This document shows positions 48,786 to 56,488 of a stretch of 64,000 nt of DNA, one piece after another (the first letter of the stretch is position 1; each line of letters opens with the position of its first letter). The translations under genes were made by a program, and so were the position numbers. Under the pieces are notes generated by a model that saw only the letters and a list, made by a program, of their open reading frames with translations, was not told the origin of the DNA and did not search any database. Location: the IMG/VR virus record IMGVR_UViG_3300011008_000999; one strand, given 5' to 3'. Origin of the DNA: a virus. Taxonomy: Duplodnaviria; Caudoviricetes.

Positions 48786-49214
48786 TTAATTGTAGAGATA
48801 CTCGTATATCTCCAATGCTGACATTTCTTTTTCTTCACCAGCAATTCTAACTTTAATCTTTTCATCCTTGTCAAATTCTCTACCAGTGATCCAAACTTTT
48901 CCTGTCCAATCAGTAGGCTTGTAGTCTGCCATATCATTCAGACCTATTTTCTGCATCTTCTTATTTCGAGAATACATAACAGATCTACCTATTCTCAAAA
49001 TTTCTGCAGCTTCTTGAACTGAGTTAGCAACTGCAACTACACCATTCATTCCTTTAAAAGGATAAAATTCTGTCTGTTTTATATCAACTAACGCAACTGA
49101 TATTTTATTGTTATGTTCAATTTATTTTAGGCACTAGGCCTAAATACAATGGAATATGACATTCCTCAAAGTAACACTATTGTGCGAAATGAGTCCTCGT
49201 TTAGCTGTCTCCAT
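48786..49214 (-). CDS. 12-aa split-intein IntC fused to FtsK-like ATPase fragment (post-Walker A); 24-nt in-frame stop-containing gap at 49119-49142
   Basis: Strong RBS; METAKRGLISHN|SVTLRNVIFHCI[gap]EHNNKISVALVDIKQTEF..EAAEIL..MYSR, in frame with ORF 48786-49049. Confidence 0.8.
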
Positions 49215-49521
49215 TGTAATCATCACCTCCTTTTATAAACTGTTTAGTTTGAGCTATATTTTTACATTGTTTACAACAATACATCTGATAACCTCTTGTA
49301 AAGTTAATGTACTTAGTAGGTTTATTACAAACTAAACATTTCCCTTCATTATTAGATTTTATATATGTATCATAATATTCTTTGCAAGTAATCTGTTCAT
49401 CAAATCTAATATGCGCAGACAGATAATTACCATTTTGAAAAGTCTGATTACATATTAGACATGTCATTGGATTATTTTTTATTTTAGGTACATATTCTTT
49501 TCCACAAATAAGACATTTCAT
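49201..49521 (-). CDS. Zn-finger-only member of the homing endonuclease family
   Basis: CLICGK; CLICNQ..HIR; EGKCLVC..YCCKQC; no nuclease domain. Confidence 0.75.
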   Translation of the reverse strand: MKCLICGKEYVPKIKNNPMTCLICNQTFQNGNYLSAHIRFDEQITCKEYYDTYIKSNNEGKCLVCNKPTKYINFTRGYQMYCCKQCKNIAQTKQFIKGGDDYNGDS

Positions 49522-49626
49522 GTTATTTCTCCTTAATAGAAATATAATAAAGCAGCTTGATGATTAAGGCATCATTATCTCTTTAGTTAGCTAGACCAAA
49601 GCTACCTGCTGTATTATTAAATAGTC

Positions 49627-49917
49627 TTAGTACATAAGTCGTGTTTCTCCATGATTAGTAAGAACAAATAAAGTTTCTTCTGATTTCTTTATTACATAAT
49701 TCTTAAGTTCATAGTCATAAATCTGAATTTCAGTATCTGTAGGAATAGATTTAAGATATAACATATCCCATTTAATATTCATGACTTTTTCTAAGTCATC
49801 TTCAGATGCAAAATCTTTGAATCCTAAAGTTTTTCCTGAGCTATACATAAGGCCTATAAGATTTCCAGCTTTAGAAAGTTTATAGGCGTCTCTAATCAAT
49901 TTTTCTAACATAGTCAT
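49627..49917 (-). CDS. hypothetical protein
   Basis: ORF with RBS. Confidence 0.65.
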   Translation of the reverse strand: MTMLEKLIRDAYKLSKAGNLIGLMYSSGKTLGFKDFASEDDLEKVMNIKWDMLYLKSIPTDTEIQIYDYELKNYVIKKSEETLFVLTNHGETRLMY

Positions 49918-49953
49918 ACCTCCTATTTAAGTCTTTTGACTTTTTATTATTAG

Positions 49954-50337
49954 CTAACCTCTCTGATCAAATTCCCAACCTTTTTTATCATCATACCAAA
50001 AAGTGAGGAAAGTACAACCATTAGATCCACCAGATGGATGAGTATATCTAAAACTTGCAGTTCCCCAATAATGAGGTATAGTTTCTTCTCCATCATCTGA
50101 TCTACAGTATACTTCAGAGTTAAAATTAGCAATATAGATTTCTTTAAACATAAGCTTTAAGAATCCAACCTGATCTGCTAAATCCTGAGATTCAAAATCA
50201 ATAATTATAGTACCTCTAGATTCTCTTACTTTCTTAGTAAATTTAAGATCAGTTAGATCAGTAAGTCTTCTAAGTTCTGAATATAACTCCTCCATAGGAA
50301 TATTTTCAGCCCATTCTAAAAGTTGTTCTTGTGTCAT
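49954..50337 (-). CDS. hypothetical protein
   Basis: ORF with RBS. Confidence 0.7.
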   Translation of the reverse strand: MTQEQLLEWAENIPMEELYSELRRLTDLTDLKFTKKVRESRGTIIIDFESQDLADQVGFLKLMFKEIYIANFNSEVYCRSDDGEETIPHYWGTASFRYTHPSGGSNGCTFLTFWYDDKKGWEFDQRG

Positions 50338-50353
50338 ATCATAATCCTCCGCA

Positions 50354-51109
50354 TTATGAGTCTTTTATCTTATCGAAATGAATTTCCCTATAATGATTAT
50401 TTATATCATTATATCGATTAATTGCTTCTTTAAGATTAAAATTAGTATTTTCAAAAGTTACACCTTTGCTGCTTCCTATATAATTTCCTCTTTCATTATA
50501 GAATCCAGATCCTATAACAAAATTCCACTCATTTATATGTTCATCAGCATCACTATTAAGCTTATCATATAATGTAAATCTACCATGAAGTCCTTCTTCA
50601 TCTAATTCAATATTAGCAAATCCATCAATTATATCTGGAATATTGTCTCTACCAGTAGTATAAGTATTAATAAAACACCAATACAGTAATTCTTTAGTAG
50701 ATCCAGTTTCAATACTCTTTGCTAATACTGGAACTAACATGTGCCACTTAACATTCCAAATTGAATTTGGATTAGTTAGTTTATCTTGCCACTCTTCATC
50801 TTCTTTTTCTTTCTTAAGTCTCTTTTCGCGCTGTTCGTCAGTTTCTCTTATAATTGCAAACTGTAACTGTTCTTTACTAGGTTTAACATCTTCATATTTC
50901 ATTAGTAACTTTAGTAAATAATCACTTATAGGTGCTGCTGCATGAATTTCAAATGGAAGATCAAATATATGAAACTTATCTGAATTATAATCAATATCAG
51001 CTTTATCTTGTCTATGCGACTCTAACCATTTTTTATCTTCATCAGAAAAGATATAACCAGTACGTCTTTCTAAATCAGATATAGTCTGATTTCCTAGATA
51101 TATTGCCAT
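50354..51109 (-). CDS. hypothetical protein
   Basis: 251-aa ORF with RBS. Confidence 0.75.
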   Translation of the reverse strand: MAIYLGNQTISDLERRTGYIFSDEDKKWLESHRQDKADIDYNSDKFHIFDLPFEIHAAAPISDYLLKLLMKYEDVKPSKEQLQFAIIRETDEQREKRLKKEKEDEEWQDKLTNPNSIWNVKWHMLVPVLAKSIETGSTKELLYWCFINTYTTGRDNIPDIIDGFANIELDEEGLHGRFTLYDKLNSDADEHINEWNFVIGSGFYNERGNYIGSSKGVTFENTNFNLKEAINRYNDINNHYREIHFDKIKDS

Positions 51110-51134
51110 GGCTATGTACTCCTATTTTCTTAAC

Positions 51135-51491
51135 CTATATAAAATCTGACAAATATTGATCTTTCTTTACGATTATGGCATTAGGAAATATTGTACGTTC
51201 TAAGTTAAATACATATTGATTAGGAACAAATTTACCCATAGGTCGATTTTCTAATCTATCTCTCATCATTTCTATTGATTCTGCTAGATAAGCTTGATCT
51301 ATTAAAGATAAATCTATTCCCTCAATATTATTTATAAAGACTATTTTATATTTCTTAGCTGCATGCATTACATAGTCATAATAAGACTTATATGATGACT
51401 GTTGATAGTAATAGTAATCTGCATCAAAACAACTAGGATTAGCTCTACAGTATGTAGTTTTTCCTAAGCCACAAGAAGCGTATATAATCAT
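51135..51491 (-). CDS. small P-loop kinase-like protein
   Basis: IYASCGLGKTTY..FDAD. Confidence 0.6.
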   Translation of the reverse strand: MIIYASCGLGKTTYCRANPSCFDADYYYYQQSSYKSYYDYVMHAAKKYKIVFINNIEGIDLSLIDQAYLAESIEMMRDRLENRPMGKFVPNQYVFNLERTIFPNAIIVKKDQYLSDFI

Positions 51492-51694
51492 AATCGTTTT
51501 TCATCTAATAGTCTTTCGACTAACTGTCTATTAAGTTTCTGTTCATTTTCAAGTTCAGCCTGAAGTTCTTTGATTCGTTTTTCGAACTTCTTTCTTTCTC
51601 TTTCATCTAAACGAATTTCTCTATCTCTGTATTCTACTTTACATGCACTGCAATTACTTGAGCAATTGCTTCCTGATCCATCACAACTAGGCAT
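51488..51694 (-). CDS. small Cys-rich coiled-coil protein
   Basis: CDGSGSNCSSNCSAC. Confidence 0.6.
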   Translation of the reverse strand: MPSCDGSGSNCSSNCSACKVEYRDREIRLDERERKKFEKRIKELQAELENEQKLNRQLVERLLDEKRL

Positions 51695-51708
51695 AGTTAT
51701 GTACTCCT

Positions 51709-52392
51709 TTATTCACTCACTTTAAGTTTTAACATATACAAAATTACTGCTTTGAGAATATCGCAAGTATAGTTTTTATTGATTTCTTTGTTATTTTCTT
51801 TACATCCGCCACCACAAATATCTGAAATAGAACATCCTTGACATTTTTCAGGTAATGTAAAGTTATAACCTAACTTGTACTTATGCTGCGCTTTAAGTTC
51901 TCCAATAATATCATCAGTTTCAAATATATTGCAGATTTTTTCTTTATATACCGTAGTCTGACATGGATAAATGTCTCCATTTACAAAGACTGTAATAAGT
52001 TTTTCACCGGCAGTACAACCTTCATACATAGTATTTATCATGATATTACTGAACTTAAATCTATTGTAGTAATCATAATTATGTTTCTTGAGAATGTCAA
52101 GTACATTACACATTTTGTCTATAATGACATTCATATCCATTTCACCACAGAAGAAATGATCTAAATATACTCCCCAACCAAGATTTCTTTCTGCTATCCA
52201 TTCAGCAAGTTCTTCAATATCGTCAAAGCTATTCTTATCAATAACTGAAGAAATTTCAATAGGTTTATTGTATGCAATAACTCTATCAATATTCTTTTTT
52301 ACAATTTCTGCAGAACTTTCACCATTATGAAATGGTTTAGAATAAGAAAATCCATCTAATGAAATACTAAAACTAACATTCTTATCTTTAGT
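51709..52392 (-). pseudogene. radical SAM/SPASM protein, C-terminal half only
   Basis: SISLDG; CTAG..NGDIYPCQ; CQGC..CGGGC; no CxxxCxxC motif. Confidence 0.75.
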
Positions 52393-52534
52393 ATTCAGTA
52401 TCAGCACTCCATCCATATTCTCCGCCTGTAAGAAATACTTTGTGTGGTACACTGACTGGAACATCTTTTGGAATTACTAATACATGAACACTAGAACTAT
52501 TAGTTTCAAACTGTCCAAGTCTAACCTGAATCAT
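52388..52534 (-). pseudogene. truncated FETNSSS-family gene (48 aa)
   Basis: MIQVRLGQFETNSSSVHVLVIPKD...GEYGWSADTEY*. Confidence 0.75.
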
Positions 52535-52848
52535 TCATCTTCCTCCATAGTATCTACATAAATGCTACTAATTTTGCAAAAGTAGTTAAGATCCTTAATA
52601 AGATCCTGGATATTATCTACTATCTCTTCATAAGTTAAATCATAATCTTCAAAATACTGAAGGTTGTCTCGTTCTCTTTCAATATCATCAAGATTATTTT
52701 CTAAATCTGTTTTGTCATACTCCTCAGGAAAATGTTCATGGATTTCTTTCCAACATTTCTCAAGTATAGAAAGAACTTTCTCCATTTCAATTTCTTCAGC
52801 AGCATTTTTTAACGCTAAACCATTCTTTAATGAGTATCTATAATTCAT
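52531..52848 (-). CDS. hypothetical protein
   Basis: ORF in gene train. Confidence 0.65.
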   Translation of the reverse strand: MNYRYSLKNGLALKNAAEEIEMEKVLSILEKCWKEIHEHFPEEYDKTDLENNLDDIERERDNLQYFEDYDLTYEEIVDNIQDLIKDLNYFCKISSIYVDTMEEDE

Positions 52849-52855
52849 CTATTTT

Positions 52856-53197
52856 TTATCTCCTAGTTTTATTGTCAACTATATCATCGAACCAATAGGC
52901 TCCAATCTCAAATCTTGCAGCAAAGATTCTATTAGCATTTGAAATGTCATCAAGTTTAATAGAAACAATGTTTAGTTCATCTGGATATGCATTATCACTA
53001 GTAAGTCTATATACGTCATTCATTAACTTACCGGACGTTACATATACATCATCTGATTTCAGATCACATCCATTCTCTTCAAACCATCCTTTAAGAGCTT
53101 CAAGATTATCATCATCAATATTAAAACCAACCATTGTAAAAGCAGATTCATTATAAAGTTCTTTGAGATCTGATTCTTTAGTTCGAATAATATTCAT
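52856..53197 (-). CDS. hypothetical protein
   Basis: ORF with RBS. Confidence 0.7.
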   Translation of the reverse strand: MNIIRTKESDLKELYNESAFTMVGFNIDDDNLEALKGWFEENGCDLKSDDVYVTSGKLMNDVYRLTSDNAYPDELNIVSIKLDDISNANRIFAARFEIGAYWFDDIVDNKTRR

Positions 53198-53574
53198 TAG
53201 TATCTACCTCCATTAAAATTTGCCATTTCTTTCTTTAGATAGTAGTTACGATAATCTTCATCTATAACAGCTCCACCTAAGAAAAGTCTGTTATCTCTCA
53301 TTTCTACATGTTTAACGATACAATTACACATAATAACAAATTTATCATTATGAGATGCATAATATACTTCATCGCAGAATACTAATTTTACTTCAGAGTT
53401 TGGTTCAATATTTACTCTTGAAAGATCTACATCTGCATCTATTGTTATGCCTATTCCTAATTCTGAAATATCATGTACATGACCCTCAATTTCAAAGTTA
53501 GTATTTTCCATATATAATAAAATCGGTACATCAACAATAGACAGGCGAGAATACAATCGTCTGTCATTATACAT
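53197..53574 (-). CDS. PilZ domain protein
   Basis: DRRLYSR (RxxxR) and DISELG (DxSxxG). Confidence 0.8.
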   Translation of the reverse strand: MYNDRRLYSRLSIVDVPILLYMENTNFEIEGHVHDISELGIGITIDADVDLSRVNIEPNSEVKLVFCDEVYYASHNDKFVIMCNCIVKHVEMRDNRLFLGGAVIDEDYRNYYLKKEMANFNGGRY

Positions 53575-53597
53575 GATTATCTTCCTCCCATTTATTT

Positions 53598-53786
53598 TTA
53601 GCTTTCCTGATCCCAAGGCATATAGTCTACTTTGCGAAGATCATCTCTAATTACAGAAGTTTCATTATCTTCCGCAATGAAAAATTCCTTATCTTTTATA
53701 CTAGGTCCAAGATAAGTAAAAAACTTATAAGGCTTAGCCATAGACTGAACAGTTTCTCCGCGCTTAATGTTAGACTCAGTGATCAT
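53598..53786 (-). CDS. hypothetical protein
   Basis: ORF with RBS. Confidence 0.55.
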   Translation of the reverse strand: MITESNIKRGETVQSMAKPYKFFTYLGPSIKDKEFFIAEDNETSVIRDDLRKVDYMPWDQES

Positions 53787-54357
53787 AATTGCTCCTTTGT
53801 ATAGAATTAAATAATGTGTTAACTAAACAAGATGTTACTTGCATAATAAAAGACCTATCGTATGTATATACTATAGAATCTCCTATTTTTTCTATATTAC
53901 CTAAAACTGAAATACGGTCGTAACCCTCTTTTGAAAAATCATTACCTTGTATAGTTAAGGTTGCTAATTCAGATTGAAATCTTTTCAAATCTGCTTCTGG
54001 AAGACCATTTACTTCTACCTTAATACCAGTTTTCTCATCTATAAAGTATGCTTCACCATTTTGAATTTCAAGATACATAGTAGTAACTCTTTGATTCAGT
54101 ACCATTACTAGAAACATAGTAGTTACATATATAGCTTCACTATCATGTAGAAAATGGCCTTGTATACAAATAGTGCTAGGATAATGACCTTTATCTGTAC
54201 ACACTTTCATAGCATTAAGAACTATTTGATATTGTTCAGGTGTAAGTATTACAGGCAATCCAGTAAATATATCTGTAAGATAATGTGACATTTGTCCACT
54301 CTTAAGATCAAAAACCATTGATGTAGAGCAGACAATAAATATGTCCTGAACGATCAT
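53776..54357 (-). CDS. hypothetical protein
   Basis: ORF with RBS. Confidence 0.7.
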   Translation of the reverse strand: MIVQDIFIVCSTSMVFDLKSGQMSHYLTDIFTGLPVILTPEQYQIVLNAMKVCTDKGHYPSTICIQGHFLHDSEAIYVTTMFLVMVLNQRVTTMYLEIQNGEAYFIDEKTGIKVEVNGLPEADLKRFQSELATLTIQGNDFSKEGYDRISVLGNIEKIGDSIVYTYDRSFIMQVTSCLVNTLFNSIQRSNYDH

Positions 54358-54369
54358 TAAAAAATCTCC

Positions 54370-54909
54370 TTAGTTCACCCAAATATTATCAAACAACTGA
54401 TCTCTATCTACAGTAGTATCAATTGTGAATGGTACAAATTCAGGTGTATGTTTATAATTGATTGGACTAATTCTCATATAGAGACTTTCATCCTTATATA
54501 TAAGCTCTTCATTCTTTGGAAATTGAATATGATTAAATGTTGAGTTAAGTTCATTAATATACTGAACTAACTGATTTTCAAGGAAGTTAATAAACTGCAC
54601 ATCATCAGCAAGACCATCATACCAATCATCTTCATTGAAGTTATCTCTAGAATCATTGATTTTTATACGAATTTCAAACTCACCATTGTCTTCATCAAGT
54701 GGTTGATCTATATACAAAATAATTTTAAGATCACCAAACTTATCTGAATGATAATTAAGCTTTTTATCTGCCTCTCCTGCAAGATCATACATAACACCAT
54801 TAAGATACTCGATATATTCTTCCCAGTTATCTACAGAACCAGTATCTACTGATAATACATTATCAAATTTGATTTCTGATAGTATCTCGTGCATTCTAAA
54901 CTCCTCCAT
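54370..54909 (-). CDS. hypothetical acidic protein
   Basis: ORF after promoter. Confidence 0.7.
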   Translation of the reverse strand: MEEFRMHEILSEIKFDNVLSVDTGSVDNWEEYIEYLNGVMYDLAGEADKKLNYHSDKFGDLKIILYIDQPLDEDNGEFEIRIKINDSRDNFNEDDWYDGLADDVQFINFLENQLVQYINELNSTFNHIQFPKNEELIYKDESLYMRISPINYKHTPEFVPFTIDTTVDRDQLFDNIWVN

Positions 54910-54916
54910 TTATTTT

Positions 54917-54950
54917 ATTATAACACGATTAGATTAATTTGTAAATAGTT
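54917..54950 (-). promoter_or_regulatory. sigma70-type promoter
   Basis: AACTATTTACA-N17-TATAAT. Confidence 0.75.
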
Positions 54951-55149
54951 TGTTATAAAGCCTCTTTACTGCGTCAATATCTACTCTACCAAAATCTAAA
55001 TCGCCGTATTCTTCATCTCCAATATTATTTGCAGCAGTAATAAGTTTCATACAAAGATCTCTACCACAGGCTTTCATAGTTCCATCTTCATTAAATACGT
55101 TACGATACGCTGATTCAAATAATGCAATGTTTAATTCGGTCTGATTCAT
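54934..55149 (-). CDS. hypothetical protein
   Basis: ORF with RBS. Confidence 0.65.
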   Translation of the reverse strand: MNQTELNIALFESAYRNVFNEDGTMKACGRDLCMKLITAANNIGDEEYGDLDFGRVDIDAVKRLYNKLFTN

Positions 55150-55408
55150 TTTTCATCGTCCTTTCTATTATTAATTATTTCTATAATGAGTTCAATTAGT
55201 AGTTTAAATAAATATAGTCTTATTCCTATACTAAATAAGACTATTCTTATATTAAAGTTAAATAGCTCAAAATTCTTAAATTAAGACGTATCTATTATCA
55301 GCTATAAGCTGTCTTATAGCTGAGATTAAAAGTCATAAACTAATAATCCCAGCTACGCAGCATAACACAAAAACTTCGTACTAATTGTCAGTTAATACAG
55401 TTTAATCA

Positions 55409-55765
55409 TTACTGCACATAGATCGCGAATTGATGATCTGGTGCATCAGTAGTAATACATTGTACTATTTCAGGATCTATTTTTCTAATAGATTTAATAG
55501 TTGGTCCGTCTTTTGTTCCAACATGTCTACCTTTATACCAATCAAATTCTTGATATATACCTTCAGCATCAATTGTGTACATTTTATCATTTATGAATAC
55601 ATTCCACTGATGCACATTAGAACATTTAACTTTACCATTACTAAATGTAATTTCATACATATTGTAAGATACTTTAGCAGTAGTCTTTTCAATTACTTTA
55701 TGAAACTGTCCATCAGTTCCTAGTACTAAGTCACCTACTTCAACCTCTTCAATAGTTTTCTTCAT
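55409..55765 (-). CDS. stand-alone class 3 intein core (IntM; HINT domain lacking blocks A and G)
   Basis: TIEEVEVGDLVLGTDGQFHKV; YEITFSNGKVKCSNVHQW (block B His plus Trp); VQCITTDAPDHQF (block F Cys); own RBS and stop; no extein. Confidence 0.88.
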   Translation of the reverse strand: MKKTIEEVEVGDLVLGTDGQFHKVIEKTTAKVSYNMYEITFSNGKVKCSNVHQWNVFINDKMYTIDAEGIYQEFDWYKGRHVGTKDGPTIKSIRKIDPEIVQCITTDAPDHQFAIYVQ

Positions 55766-55790
55766 TGAATAATTTCCTTTCTATATAATT

Positions 55791-56099
55791 TTACTCAGCT
55801 ATTTCGCCAGTGATAAATACAAATTTATCTTCAGCAATATAAGCAGTTCCAATTGATTCTATATCATCGTCCTCTACTTCAAAGATAGATGGTTTATTAT
55901 TCTTAACCATTACATCAGCGATATCGTCCCAATCAAATATATCATATTTTGTACCAGGATTTAGGCTTTCATTTTCTTTGAGTCTAAGATTATATTCTGG
56001 ACGTCCAATGTTACAGAATGCTTTACAAACTGAATCATAGCTGTTATCTGCAACTTCAACTACACAAGTAATATATTTAGTGTCAATTATGAGCAACAT
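55791..56099 (-). CDS. hypothetical protein
   Basis: RBS before MLLII. Confidence 0.65.
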   Translation of the reverse strand: MLLIIDTKYITCVVEVADNSYDSVCKAFCNIGRPEYNLRLKENESLNPGTKYDIFDWDDIADVMVKNNKPSIFEVEDDDIESIGTAYIAEDKFVFITGEIAE

Positions 56100-56112
56100 A
56101 CTATCATCCTCC

Positions 56113-56400
56113 TTAATAATCAAGATACAATAATAAAGTATCACATTCTACAATATAATGTCCTAAGTAGTCAGGATCTTCTTTATTGATTTTGCTGTTA
56201 AGTTCAGCTTTAATATTATATAACCACTCTCTAATCCAAGTATCATTACGGTTTACAAGATCTGACTCTATTCTATTTTTGTTTTCTTGAACGACATTAT
56301 CATCATCTCCATCATTATCAAGAAAATCATACTTATCAAAATCTTCAGCTAACTTAATAAGTCTATCAGCAAATTCACTATTACTTGTAATTTCTGCCAT
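56113..56400 (-). CDS. hypothetical protein
   Basis: ORF with RBS. Confidence 0.65.
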   Translation of the reverse strand: MAEITSNSEFADRLIKLAEDFDKYDFLDNDGDDDNVVQENKNRIESDLVNRNDTWIREWLYNIKAELNSKINKEDPDYLGHYIVECDTLLLYLDY

Positions 56401-56488
56401 AATGATCCTCCTTATAATAGAATTTTGAAACCATGATAACCTCCTACATCTGATTAAACCAACTATCCTTTTTATACCACATATCTTC

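Noticed and set aside
26240-49142. Genome-wide TAG reassignment explaining the in-frame stops
   Set aside because: TAG ends ordinary genes directly before the next RBS (e.g. 5933, 26364, 29731), long genes are open in code 11, and the 49.1-kb gap also contains TAA.
55409-55765. BIL or Hedgehog-type Hint autoprocessing domain, or a decayed intein
   Set aside because: It lacks both termini cleanly, has its own RBS, keeps the class 3 catalytic residues, and the complementary ends occur on FtsK fragments.
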